Virus record (IMG/VR): IMGVR_UViG_3300005077_000067
Span: 1 to 33,781 of that record
Length of the DNA: 33,781 nt
Reading direction: 5' to 3' (one strand)
DNA from: a virus
Lineage: Duplodnaviria > Caudoviricetes
Shown one piece after another: positions 24,608-33,468 of the stretch (its first letter is position 1; every line of letters starts with the position of its first letter). The position numbers and the translations under genes are program-made. The notes below the pieces were generated by a model. It did not search any database, was not told the origin of the DNA, and was given only the letters and a program-made list of their open reading frames with translations.

Positions 24608-27593
24608 CGATGGACACCTCCAGAACGAGGCCGACAATCACCAGGGGCAGGGGGACGACGTGCTGGATCACGATTTGGCCCCCGACCGCCCAGTCGGGCG
24701 GCAGCGGGCCAACGCTCACCATACCCGAGGACCGCTCCGTACCGCTAGCCTCGTAGTCCGACATCGTGGTGTCACCGGGCGGGCCAACCAGGAACGGCGG
24801 CGAATCGATCACCCGCAGCCATGCGGCGTCCACGTTGATCGTCTGCCCGAGCGCGCCGGCCCCGGCGTCGGCAGCCACCAAGGGCATCGGCTTGAGCGTC
24901 GACTCGTAGGGCAAGCCAACAACCACCGAGGCCGAGGGCGTTGTGCTGACCGTCACCTCACCGCCGACCACGACGTGCCCCACCTCCACGGTCTCGGCGT
25001 CGATCAGCGCCGTAACCGTCTGGCCTTCCAGATGGTCGAGCCCGGTCACCGTGGCGGTCGAACCCACCACCGCGCCGTCAAGGTAGACCAGCTCGGCCGC
25101 ACTGGTGGATTGCTCCCCCAGGCGCTCGATGGTGCGCGTGCCGTCGCGGTTCATCACCACGTAGAGCCGGTCGTCATTACCCTCGGCCACGGCGGCCACC
25201 GATTCCACGCGGCCCACCGCGTCAACCACTCGCGACCACGCCACGGTGTTGTGCGCAGGGTTGAAGCTGAGCACGAGGAGGGCGCCACTCGACGACACCC
25301 ACCACACGAACGTGCGCGGCGCTTGGGTGATCGCCACGTCCACGATCGTGTGGCCCTCGAACATGTGGGACGCCCGGAGGGTCAAGTCCTCCGGCACGAA
25401 GCCGTCGGCGTCCGCGCGATAGCGGAACGCCCGCACCCGGCCGCCACGGGCCTCGGCGAAGATCACGGCCGAATCCATCACGACGGGCCGCACCGGGGAG
25501 GCCCCCACGTAGCTCTGCGGGTGAATCGTCTTGGTGTCGGGGGCCAGAGGCCCACCGCCCTCGGGCAGGACCACGTATTCCGCCGACGAGGTCAACAGCA
25601 GCAGCCGGTCGAGCGGCACAATGTGCTCGATGGGGGACGCCTTGCGCGAGGCCACCCTCAACGCCACCCGGTCGTCCGCCTTCACCGGCAGGCTGTAGCG
25701 GAGATCCGACTCGGTGTTGGACCGGGTGGCCCAGAACGCGTGCGGATACTTCGTCGTGGACCCGAACACCCGGCGGCCCTCGAAGTAGCACACGGCGCCG
25801 GGGAAGTCCCCGGTCAGCATCTGGATTGGCCCGCCGACCACGAGCACCATCGCGCTGCCGCCCCGCGTCGCCGCCACTTGCGTCGTCCGCGCGGTGACGT
25901 TCACCGCGAAGTAGACCGTCTCCGCGACCAATGCCGAGCCGCTCGGGATCGAGCGGAAGCGCATCGGCGAGCCTTCAACCATGCCGTGGTCCTCGGTGAA
26001 CACGATGGTGTCCGCGAGGTCACACGTGCCGGCCAACGCTCGTTCCGTGAGCGACGTATCCTCGATCGGGGGCGTGATCGACAGGTCCACGTCCAGGTCG
26101 TAATCCTCGAACACCAACGTGGCGCCTGCCTCGGCCTTGCCCAGGTAGCCGTAGGCCCCCGACTGCTTCCGGTAGACGTGGTAGCGCACCGCGTTCGCCA
26201 CCGCGCTCCACGTGATGATGTTCTTCGCACCGCTGACGAAAAGCACATTGTCGGTGACCGTGACCGGAGCAGAAGCCACCGATTCGATTCCATCGGACGA
26301 CACCGCGGTGACGACGTAGGTGTGATCCGCTTCCTCGCCAACCGGGGCGTAGCGCACCGTGCCGTAGGGCCCCGCGCCCCAGGTCAGGTCCCCCGTCGCC
26401 GTGATCCACGCGCCCGTGTCCACGTCGAGCAGGCCGAAATCGTTGTCGCGCCCCGGCGCCCCAGAATCGCGAAGGGTCTCGCCGACGCGGAAGTATCCCT
26501 CGGAAAGCCCCACCGAGGCGAGGCTCCCCCCGGTGTTGTCCTTGACGTAGACCGTGTCCCCCTCTGCGAGGTTGTGGGGGGCCTGGGTGTTCAGTTTCGC
26601 CACCGTGCCCAGTGACGTGCCGTCGGGCGCCTGCCGCTTGAGCCCGTTGAGCTGCATGACGAGCCCGTAGTCCGGGGTGGCCGTGACAACACTTGGCGGC
26701 GGCAGGGGCGCCGTGAACTCAATCTGGGTCAGGCCGAGAGCTGAGTTGCCATAGCGGCGCAGTTCCTGGGGTGGGTGGTTCTTGTGCACCAGGGTGATCA
26801 CGTCCGCGGACTGCACGTAGCCAATCTCGAACAGCTCGGCTGCGGTATACCGGGTCGGCAACTCGAACGGGCCCGAGGCCGCCATCGGGGTCCAGTATTC
26901 CGTCCAATCGGTCCCTGACCCGGGCTCGTCGAGGCCGGTCTCATCAACCCTGTGGTTCTGCAGGCAGTAGTAATCGACACCCGAACGGGAGACCATGTCA
27001 CCCACGACGTGCACCCGCACCAGCCACGCGCCCAACGTGGTTGTCGACCAGGAAATCGCGCTGCCCCCGGGGTAGTAGGCGAGGGTCACCTCGTAACGCG
27101 TGCTCGTGCCGTTGAGCTCGCACGATTCCACGTAGTAGGTGGTATCCGCCACCAGCGGGCCCGGAAGCGTACCCGACGCATAGACGAGCTGCACCGGGTC
27201 ACCGACGCGGAACACCGGGGCGAGCGAGTAGTCGATCTCCAAGAACCCGGCCCCTACGGCCAGCACCGAGAAGCCCTCGACCCAGGGCGTTGGCGTCGGC
27301 AGGTCCGCGACCTGCAGCTGCTCGCCGGCCACGATGAACCGGAGGAAGCCCGGCCCCAGTTCCACCACCATGGTGTCGTCGCGGGCCTTCTCGAACGGGA
27401 TCAGCCGCGAAGCGCCACCGGCCATGGCAATGAACTCGAACCCCGGCCGCAGCCGAGCCGCCCCCTGCACCGAGGGCAGGAAGTTCGTCATCGTCTCGGC
27501 GCCCGCGTGGTAGACCGGGTCGTCCACCCGGGCAAACATGTCCGGCGCGAGTTCGCCGCCGGCAAACGAACGTTGAAGCATCCGGGTCGTCAT
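24600..27593 (-). CDS. Tail tubular protein B / nozzle (997 aa) with inserted domains
   Basis: N-terminal QRSFAGGELAP...ARVD...NF...QGAARLRPG, QSADVITLVH, FPGAVCYFEGRRVF, EDLTLRASHMF, VYLDG, GLDHLEGQTV and VVVGLPY motifs typical of this family. Confidence 0.88.
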   Translation of the reverse strand: MTTRMLQRSFAGGELAPDMFARVDDPVYHAGAETMTNFLPSVQGAARLRPGFEFIAMAGGASRLIPFEKARDDTMVVELGPGFLRFIVAGEQLQVADLPTPTPWVEGFSVLAVGAGFLEIDYSLAPVFRVGDPVQLVYASGTLPGPLVADTTYYVESCELNGTSTRYEVTLAYYPGGSAISWSTTTLGAWLVRVHVVGDMVSRSGVDYYCLQNHRVDETGLDEPGSGTDWTEYWTPMAASGPFELPTRYTAAELFEIGYVQSADVITLVHKNHPPQELRRYGNSALGLTQIEFTAPLPPPSVVTATPDYGLVMQLNGLKRQAPDGTSLGTVAKLNTQAPHNLAEGDTVYVKDNTGGSLASVGLSEGYFRVGETLRDSGAPGRDNDFGLLDVDTGAWITATGDLTWGAGPYGTVRYAPVGEEADHTYVVTAVSSDGIESVASAPVTVTDNVLFVSGAKNIITWSAVANAVRYHVYRKQSGAYGYLGKAEAGATLVFEDYDLDVDLSITPPIEDTSLTERALAGTCDLADTIVFTEDHGMVEGSPMRFRSIPSGSALVAETVYFAVNVTARTTQVAATRGGSAMVLVVGGPIQMLTGDFPGAVCYFEGRRVFGSTTKYPHAFWATRSNTESDLRYSLPVKADDRVALRVASRKASPIEHIVPLDRLLLLTSSAEYVVLPEGGGPLAPDTKTIHPQSYVGASPVRPVVMDSAVIFAEARGGRVRAFRYRADADGFVPEDLTLRASHMFEGHTIVDVAITQAPRTFVWWVSSSGALLVLSFNPAHNTVAWSRVVDAVGRVESVAAVAEGNDDRLYVVMNRDGTRTIERLGEQSTSAAELVYLDGAVVGSTATVTGLDHLEGQTVTALIDAETVEVGHVVVGGEVTVSTTPSASVVVGLPYESTLKPMPLVAADAGAGALGQTINVDAAWLRVIDSPPFLVGPPGDTTMSDYEASGTERSSGMVSVGPLPPDWAVGGQIVIQHVVPLPLVIVGLVLEVSIGG

Positions 27594-29851
27594 CAGTTCC
27601 TCGCAGCGATCCAGCTGGCATCGACTTCTGGCATCATGTCGCCAGCCTGCTGGCCGTCGCCGTCCTTCGCGGACCCCAGCTCGAACTCAGCCATCTGCAG
27701 GCACCATTGCGACATCTTCACTCCCGCCTCGCCCTTGACGATGACGCCGGCAAGATCCGCGGCGAGCACCCAGGACAAGGCCCCCCGGAACGTGGCGGGG
27801 AACTGGCACGTGTCCGCGGTGGTCACGGTGTAGCGCGCGACTGCGTCCTCTTGATTCGTGTAGACCACCGGGTAACCGTCATCGTCCAGCTCCACGGTGA
27901 AGTCGTCCGTCACCCTGGCGCGGGACAGCGCATGATCGGCGCCCGACTCTGGGGGCAGAACGGCAAACACCCGAGCGCAGTTGTCCGGCTTCCCGTAGGC
28001 ATAGGCGTAGACGCTGCTGTTACGATCCTCGATCGGGGCCAAGGCCTCCCGCTTCGACGCGAACGACCAACAGCTCCGCGCCAACAGCTTGTCCCGCGCC
28101 TGCGGGTAGAACCGCCGGCAATGCTGCGCATTGACCGAGCTATCGGTCGACAGGTCCACCAGTTTCGCAGCTTGCCCAATATGGGCGAGAGCCACATTGC
28201 ACATTTCGACGATCCGCGAGTCGGACCAATCGACATGAGCCGCCAACGCGTCACCGATCAGCTGCTCGGCCGCCGCGGCAGCCAGCTTGGCGTTCTGAAC
28301 CTCCCCGGCCCCCGAGAAGTGCTGCGGGTCTCCGCTTGCTTTCTCCGAGTCCTCCGTCGAGAAGGTCGCCCCGAACTTGATCTTCGCGGTGTAATCGCTG
28401 ATCGCGGCGTTGACCTCCCCATCCTCGTCGTTACCGGAGGATTCCCAGGGCGTCGATGGAAGCCCCGCGTGCACCACAGGGAGCTCGTCGGCAGCGGAAT
28501 AGGGGCTGAGCCCGGCGTCGAACACCAACTCGCGAAGCCGATTCACGAAAGCCGGGAGCAGGTGCTTGTAGCTCGCCCGGCCGATGTCACTCATGGCTTC
28601 GGTTTCCCCCTGGAACCCGAAGATGGCGAGCACCTTGAGGGGCTTCGTGTTGCCGTCGACCGCGTTGGCTGCCGCCGCGTTCTCGATCAGAGTCTGCAAC
28701 CGCGCGAACAGCCCATTGGTGGACCCGGGGTTGAAGTCGAGCCTCGTGCCGGGGGACAGCCAGCCAATCTGGTAGTAGGGCCAGAAGTAGTCACCGGTGG
28801 GCAGAATGCCCGCCCCAGGCATACCCAGGGGGATCACGTTGATGCGCTTGCCCAGCTTGCTGCTGAGCAGCCACGCCGTGGGCAGCATGGCGCCCAGCCC
28901 CGTGGACCCCCAGGCCCGGTTGAGCCGGCCCCGGGGGCGGCACCGGGTGCCCACGTAGGCGGCCGTCGATTGCTGATTGCTCGGGTAAAGGAAGCCCTCG
29001 TGCGGGGAGAACGCGGCCGGGTTGTCGTCGTAGTGCCCGACCCAAGCTGTCCACGCCGTGACGCCCACCCAGCCAGCCGAGTAGGCTACACCGCTCCAGC
29101 CGTCCACGGTCAACGTGATGGTGTCCGTCGTGTTGTCCGCAATCCTGGCCCAGCTATACCCCAGCGCGTGGTAGACGATCAGGTAGCCGCCGGCCAACAC
29201 CCCGGCAGTCATCGGGGCGCCCGCAACGACTATGGCCGAGCTTGACGCCGTGGCCGCGCCATTGGCTTCGCTATAGCCCCATCCGTTGATCCCCTCACAG
29301 AACGTGAAGTTCAGGAACATGGCTGCTTTCTCGGCCGAGTCGACCGTGAAGGCCACGCCGGGCAACCCATACGGAAGCGGCGGATACTCACCCGAGTCCT
29401 CGAACTCGGTTGGCGACCACGGGGGAAGAAACGGCGTCATCACACGCACGGTGGGGTAGCGCCGGTGACGCCCATCCTCGAACACGAGGTAAGCGTCTTT
29501 CGTGCCGATGGACGTAGGCACCTTCTCCCAGCGCACGTAGACGGCGTTCCCGGCGTTTGCCTCCACCTTGGCGTAACCAACCCCCGGGCTATCGGGGCGC
29601 CCGATACGAAGCATGGCCCCAATCCACGCGCCATCGGCCAGCGTCTCACTCAGGAGATACCCCTGGTAGACCCCGACTGCCGGCGTTCCCGTAATCGCCA
29701 CCGTGACATCCATCCCAGCGGCCCGGAGCTCCAGCTCGGGAAGCTCCGCGAATCCGTCGACCATCGTCCCCTGGGGCGTGGCATTGCTCTGCCCCCACCA
29801 GATGATCGCGTATTCGTAATCGTCTGGCAGGTTGGCGGCGAATCGGTGCAT
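27593..29851 (-). CDS. Fusion of an SGNH/SASA carbohydrate O-acetylesterase to tail tubular protein A / head-tail adaptor (752 aa)
   Basis: GQSN, GMPGAGI, FQGE and DPQH blocks; C-terminal ~210 aa VEMCNVALAHIG...CRRFYPQARDKLL...WSFA...YAYAY.KP.NC...VYTN...FPATFRGALSWVLAADLA; GGAGA RBS before ATG 29851. Confidence 0.82.
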   Translation of the reverse strand: MHRFAANLPDDYEYAIIWWGQSNATPQGTMVDGFAELPELELRAAGMDVTVAITGTPAVGVYQGYLLSETLADGAWIGAMLRIGRPDSPGVGYAKVEANAGNAVYVRWEKVPTSIGTKDAYLVFEDGRHRRYPTVRVMTPFLPPWSPTEFEDSGEYPPLPYGLPGVAFTVDSAEKAAMFLNFTFCEGINGWGYSEANGAATASSSAIVVAGAPMTAGVLAGGYLIVYHALGYSWARIADNTTDTITLTVDGWSGVAYSAGWVGVTAWTAWVGHYDDNPAAFSPHEGFLYPSNQQSTAAYVGTRCRPRGRLNRAWGSTGLGAMLPTAWLLSSKLGKRINVIPLGMPGAGILPTGDYFWPYYQIGWLSPGTRLDFNPGSTNGLFARLQTLIENAAAANAVDGNTKPLKVLAIFGFQGETEAMSDIGRASYKHLLPAFVNRLRELVFDAGLSPYSAADELPVVHAGLPSTPWESSGNDEDGEVNAAISDYTAKIKFGATFSTEDSEKASGDPQHFSGAGEVQNAKLAAAAAEQLIGDALAAHVDWSDSRIVEMCNVALAHIGQAAKLVDLSTDSSVNAQHCRRFYPQARDKLLARSCWSFASKREALAPIEDRNSSVYAYAYGKPDNCARVFAVLPPESGADHALSRARVTDDFTVELDDDGYPVVYTNQEDAVARYTVTTADTCQFPATFRGALSWVLAADLAGVIVKGEAGVKMSQWCLQMAEFELGSAKDGDGQQAGDMMPEVDASWIAARN

Positions 29852-29872
29852 GGTGGTTTCTCCGGTTGTGCA

Positions 29873-29906
29873 ACCGGCCACCCCGACACCTGTCGGAGCG
29901 GCCGGT
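29873..29906 (-). terminator. Long RNA hairpin after the capsid/cement genes (possible terminator, attenuator or processing site)
   Basis: Minus strand ACCGGCCGCTCCGAC-AGGT-GTCGGGGTGGCCGGT, a 15-bp stem with two G-U pairs that form only on the coding strand; no U-tract. Confidence 0.55.
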
Positions 29907-29928
29907 CAGCTGTGGCCTACTCGGCCGC

Positions 29929-30432
29929 TCAGCACGAGCCGTTCGGGTAGCTGTGGATGTCCGACACGTCGGGAGTGAAGTAGGCACTCACCTTGCCCCC
30001 GGTGACCGCGCCGGAAATTGCAAAGAGCATCAGGCCGAGGTAACGCATCGGCACGGCGGCGGCGGCCGTCGGTGCGGTTGACCGGGGCGGGATCGGAATC
30101 ACGACACGATCCCCCGCGGCCAAGTTGTTGAGGAAGCACGTGGTGGGGGCCAAGCCGCTCGCAATGAGAGGTGAGGAAGCCACCACGATGCCGGTGTTGT
30201 AGACGAGGTCCGTCGTCTGCACCGCGGCCACGAGGTTGAAAGTGGCGACCGCGGTCCCCGTCATGGTCGTCTCGCAGACGACCACGACGCCGGGCGTTCG
30301 CCCGCCCAGCTGGCCGGCAAAGAAGGGCCCGGCGGCGCCCATGTCGATGTAGCCGAGGTCCTGGTTGTCCGGGCCCACGGCGATCGACAGCGAGACGCTG
30401 CGAGCCAGTGCGCTCATGTGGTCGAGGATCAC
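29929..30432 (-). CDS. Bbp16-like capsid cement/decoration protein, paralogue 2 (167 aa)
   Basis: MILD start, YIDMG, and C-terminal RYLGL...VTGGKVSAYFTPD; GTGA overlap with the upstream gene. Confidence 0.75.
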   Translation of the reverse strand: MILDHMSALARSVSLSIAVGPDNQDLGYIDMGAAGPFFAGQLGGRTPGVVVVCETTMTGTAVATFNLVAAVQTTDLVYNTGIVVASSPLIASGLAPTTCFLNNLAAGDRVVIPIPPRSTAPTAAAAVPMRYLGLMLFAISGAVTGGKVSAYFTPDVSDIHSYPNGSC

Positions 30433-30743
30433 GACAGCATCTCCTCGGCAGCGACTGCCGGGTCAAAGGGGGGACTTGGCTCGTCGAGGTCGGCGAGCAC
30501 CTTGGCTTCTTGGAAGGACGCGTTCTTCGGCTGCCCGGTCGGCATCGCCTTCATGACATCGACGAACGAGGTCCGCCGACGTTTGGATTGCCCGGCCAGC
30601 TTGAACGCGGCGGGCGTGTCGAGGGTCTCGGCCCACGGCGGAACGTCGTCCCCCACGCGGAGGACAAGCGTGTCGCCGGGCCAGAACCGCTGCCCGCGGT
30701 ACCATCCGCGGGCCTTGGCGCTGCACACGATCAGCTTGGCCAT
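30429..30743 (-). CDS. Hypothetical virion-operon protein (104 aa)
   Basis: GAGG RBS; AKARGWYRGQRFWPGD...VPPWAE followed by a low-complexity tail; lies between the two cement paralogues. Confidence 0.75.
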   Translation of the reverse strand: MAKLIVCSAKARGWYRGQRFWPGDTLVLRVGDDVPPWAETLDTPAAFKLAGQSKRRRTSFVDVMKAMPTGQPKNASFQEAKVLADLDEPSPPFDPAVAAEEMLS

Positions 30744-30751
30744 GGGTCACC

Positions 30752-31228
30752 TCACCCGTTGTTCGCAGGGAGGTTGTAGTAGGCGTCCGGGTGCGGCGTC
30801 AGGAACGCGTTGATGGCGCCGGCGATCGTGGTCTGCGTGCTGACCAGCACCTGGACCCCGAGGTAGCGCCCGTAGTCCTCCAGGGGCAGCCGCAGCTTCT
30901 TGAGCACCACACCGGCCAACAGGCCCGCCGGCGGCGTGGTCGCGGTCACGATGGACGGACCCGTCCAGTGCGTGTAATCCGGGGCCGCCACGTCCGGGGT
31001 GGCGTTGGCGTCGCTGACCAGCCGGAACTGGATCGCGCCGGCGCCCGCGGCGTCGATGTCCGTGCTGATGGCCAGCACGAAGAAGAGGTCACCACCAACG
31101 CCGAGGTCCACGGCCGTGATGCCGGAGGCCTGTCGGTCGATGACGTAGCCCACGTTCTGCCACGCCGCGCCCGCGGTCAAGGCCACCGAGGTGCCGTCAC
31201 AGAACTCGTTTCTCTCGTCCATGATCAT
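30752..31228 (-). CDS. Bbp16-like capsid cement/decoration protein, paralogue 1 (158 aa)
   Basis: MIMD...F.DG, VID...DLGVG, LP...RYLGV...AGAINAFLT; directly downstream of the capsid gene; GAGGAG RBS. Confidence 0.82.
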   Translation of the reverse strand: MIMDERNEFCDGTSVALTAGAAWQNVGYVIDRQASGITAVDLGVGGDLFFVLAISTDIDAAGAGAIQFRLVSDANATPDVAAPDYTHWTGPSIVTATTPPAGLLAGVVLKKLRLPLEDYGRYLGVQVLVSTQTTIAGAINAFLTPHPDAYYNLPANNG

Positions 31229-31243
31229 GGGAATGCTCCTCGC

Positions 31244-32278
31244 CTACGGGGTGGAGGTGATGGCCGTCTCACCGCCGGCCGCCAGAGCGTCGCAGCGGAT
31301 GATCGGGACACCGTTGCAGTGGAGGACCCTGGGCCCGCCCCCGAGCTGGTCCATGGTCAGGGTCGACGAGGCGACGAGGTGCTTCGCCTGCCGGCGCAGC
31401 ATCGTGATCGTCGTCTTGTCCGCGTAGAACCGGAGCTTGACGCCCTCGGGGTTGTGGATGCTGTCGAGCATCTGCAGCAGGTAGTCGTGCAAGTCGTCGC
31501 CCGTGGAGAGGTCCGCCGCCAGGGTGTTGGCCGCGAACTGGTAGCGCGCGACCCGGCGCCAGTCCTTCAGGCCGAACCCGACATCCCACTTGTAGTGGGT
31601 GCGATAGGCTTGGAAGCGTCCGCCCTGGTGCGCGCCCGACCCGACGTATTCGTCGGCGTTCTCGACCGTGACCTCGCCGAGGAAGTCGGCCGACAACCCG
31701 GCCTTCGACCCCTTCGGGTAGAACAGGAACGCACCGTCCGCGCCCCAGCCGACCAAGAGGATCGACTTGCGACTGCTCACGCTGGTCATGTCGCCAATGA
31801 AGATGTTCTCGCCGTTCGCCGCGGTCTGATCGTTGAAGCGCGGGAACAACCCGGTGAAGGCCTCGGGCTCCGACGACTCGTTGCCGTGGATGATCGTCGA
31901 CTCGACCTCCACTGCCATCGCTTCGAGGTGCGGCCGGTTCTCCGAGAGCAGGAACTCCTTCGTGTTGCCGTTGAGCTTCGCCAAGTCCTTGTCGACCTCG
32001 GCGTAAGCCTCCAGCATGCCGCACGTGTCGGTGACCTGCGCGGTCGTACTCTTGGTCGGCTGCACGCCGCCATAGAGCTTGCGCCACGTCGGCGCCGGAA
32101 GGCCGGTCCTGATGGTGACGAGGTTGCCGGTCGCCATGTTGCCCTCCAGAACGACAGCGTCCTGGACCATCGGCTTCATGGTGTCGAGCACCTCGGCGAC
32201 CGCAGCGATGCTGCCGTCGGGGTCGAGCCGCTTCGTCACGTCGAGAAGCGTCGGGTGGGTAACTGCAAGGGTCGTCAT
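31244..32278 (-). CDS. Major capsid protein (BPP-1 Bbp17-like, 344 aa)
   Basis: PTLLDVTKRLDPDG, EGN, RTGLP...WRKLY.GVQPTKSTTAQVTDTCGMLEAYAEVDKDLA, FTGL.PRF, YPKGSKAGL, YRTHYKWD.G..LKDWR, GVPI.RCDAL. Confidence 0.93.
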   Translation of the reverse strand: MTTLAVTHPTLLDVTKRLDPDGSIAAVAEVLDTMKPMVQDAVVLEGNMATGNLVTIRTGLPAPTWRKLYGGVQPTKSTTAQVTDTCGMLEAYAEVDKDLAKLNGNTKEFLLSENRPHLEAMAVEVESTIIHGNESSEPEAFTGLFPRFNDQTAANGENIFIGDMTSVSSRKSILLVGWGADGAFLFYPKGSKAGLSADFLGEVTVENADEYVGSGAHQGGRFQAYRTHYKWDVGFGLKDWRRVARYQFAANTLAADLSTGDDLHDYLLQMLDSIHNPEGVKLRFYADKTTITMLRRQAKHLVASSTLTMDQLGGGPRVLHCNGVPIIRCDALAAGGETAITSTP

Positions 32279-32281
32279 GAC

Positions 32282-32884
32282 TTACTCCGAGTGAGTAGGA
32301 TTGTGGGTTGCGAAGATCCGCTGTGCGATCGACTTTTCGACCGCGGGCGGCGGGGTGCCAGTGACGATCGTGTCCTGGCTGAGCCGACGGCCAACCTCCA
32401 GGGCCCAGCGAAACACCGCGGGGTGGGAGCCGAGGCCGGTGAGATCGAGCAGCTCTTTCAGCTCTGGCGGACCCAGCGCGAGAGCCTTCTGCGCGGTCGC
32501 GAGGTTCTCGTCGAACTTCGCACCGCCGATCTGGGGGTCAGCCTTCAGCTGGCTCTCCCAGTAGGCTCTCGCCTCGATAGCGCGCTGCTGAGCACCGCGC
32601 TGGTCCTGCGACTGCAGCACAGGCGCCATCTCGTTGAGCATGGCCTGTGCGACCTCTTGCGTGAGGCCCTTCTCCTTCGCGAGCTTCGCGAAGGCGCCGA
32701 TGGTTTCTCCATCGAAGGTCTGCCCCTCGGGCGGCTTCAGCTGGAAGTCCGCGGGGGGCGCGACAGGGGCCGGCGGCGCCGGAGGCGTGGGATCGGCCGG
32801 CGGCTGCACCGGTGGGGTCACCGGGGCGGGCGACGGCGGGGAAGCCGGGCTCGGGTTTTGGTTCGCGGGCTCACTCGGCGGCAT
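32282..32884 (-). CDS. Capsid scaffolding protein (200 aa)
   Basis: Pro-rich N-terminus, FAKLAKEKGLTQEVAQ, W...KADPQIGG.KF.EN, LL..TGLGSHP.V.R...VGR.LSQD; directly upstream of the capsid gene; ATG 32884. Confidence 0.85.
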   Translation of the reverse strand: MPPSEPANQNPSPASPPSPAPVTPPVQPPADPTPPAPPAPVAPPADFQLKPPEGQTFDGETIGAFAKLAKEKGLTQEVAQAMLNEMAPVLQSQDQRGAQQRAIEARAYWESQLKADPQIGGAKFDENLATAQKALALGPPELKELLDLTGLGSHPAVFRWALEVGRRLSQDTIVTGTPPPAVEKSIAQRIFATHNPTHSE

Positions 32885-33155
32885 TGCGTTCTCTCTGCAT
32901 CTGAAGGAACTCGTTCGGACAGTGGGCAATCACCTCTGCAAAGAGGTTTCGCCCGAACTGCTGAAACCCCAGGGCCCGTTGCACTTCGAGCGCGTTGAAG
33001 CTGAAGCTCGGGTCCGTCAAGGCCTGCGAGTCGTCGAGCAGCCTGCGCACGATGCGCCTGCCGCGCGGCCCAGACATGAGCCACTGCAGGTCGAGCACGC
33101 GAAGAGCCTGCTCGGTCTCTTCCAACGTGTCCAGCATCTGCTCGAAGACTGACAT
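32871..33155 (-). CDS. Bbp19-like protein (94 aa)
   Basis: DLQWLMSGPRGRRIVRRLL...SF...G.Q.FG..L...I..CP..FLQM..E pattern; lies upstream of the scaffold gene. Confidence 0.75.
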   Translation of the reverse strand: MSVFEQMLDTLEETEQALRVLDLQWLMSGPRGRRIVRRLLDDSQALTDPSFSFNALEVQRALGFQQFGRNLFAEVIAHCPNEFLQMQRERNAAE

Positions 33156-33198
33156 GCCGAAGACGATAACTCCTGCTTCCGCCCGTTATGGGTATCGG

Positions 33199-33468
33199 CT
33201 AGAGGAGCACCTTGGCAACCACCTCGGCGCCGAGGCGCACCACGTAGGACCGCACCGCCTGCCCCAGCAGCGCGCGCTGGGCCACCGAGAGGTTCTGCAC
33301 CTGGGCCTGCGCGTCGAGCAGGCGGCCGGTCACGTCTTCCCCGGTGAGGGCGCGCGCGGTGATGTCCACGAGGTTCTCGCTGACGCGCTTCGCCAACGCG
33401 ACCAAACCCGGGTCCCGCAGCGTCTCGACGAGGTCCTCGAACACCGACTGGATCGAGGGAAGGCTCAT
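33199..33468 (-). CDS. Hypothetical helical protein (89 aa)
   Basis: GGAGG RBS; ATGA overlap with the lipoprotein stop; MSLPSIQSVFEDLV... Confidence 0.7.
   Translation of the reverse strand: MSLPSIQSVFEDLVETLRDPGLVALAKRVSENLVDITARALTGEDVTGRLLDAQAQVQNLSVAQRALLGQAVRSYVVRLGAEVVAKVLL

Noticed and set aside
33170-33220. Late promoter upstream of the Bbp19-like gene (TTGCCA on the minus strand)
   Set aside because: No TAnnnT box at 16-18 nt spacing
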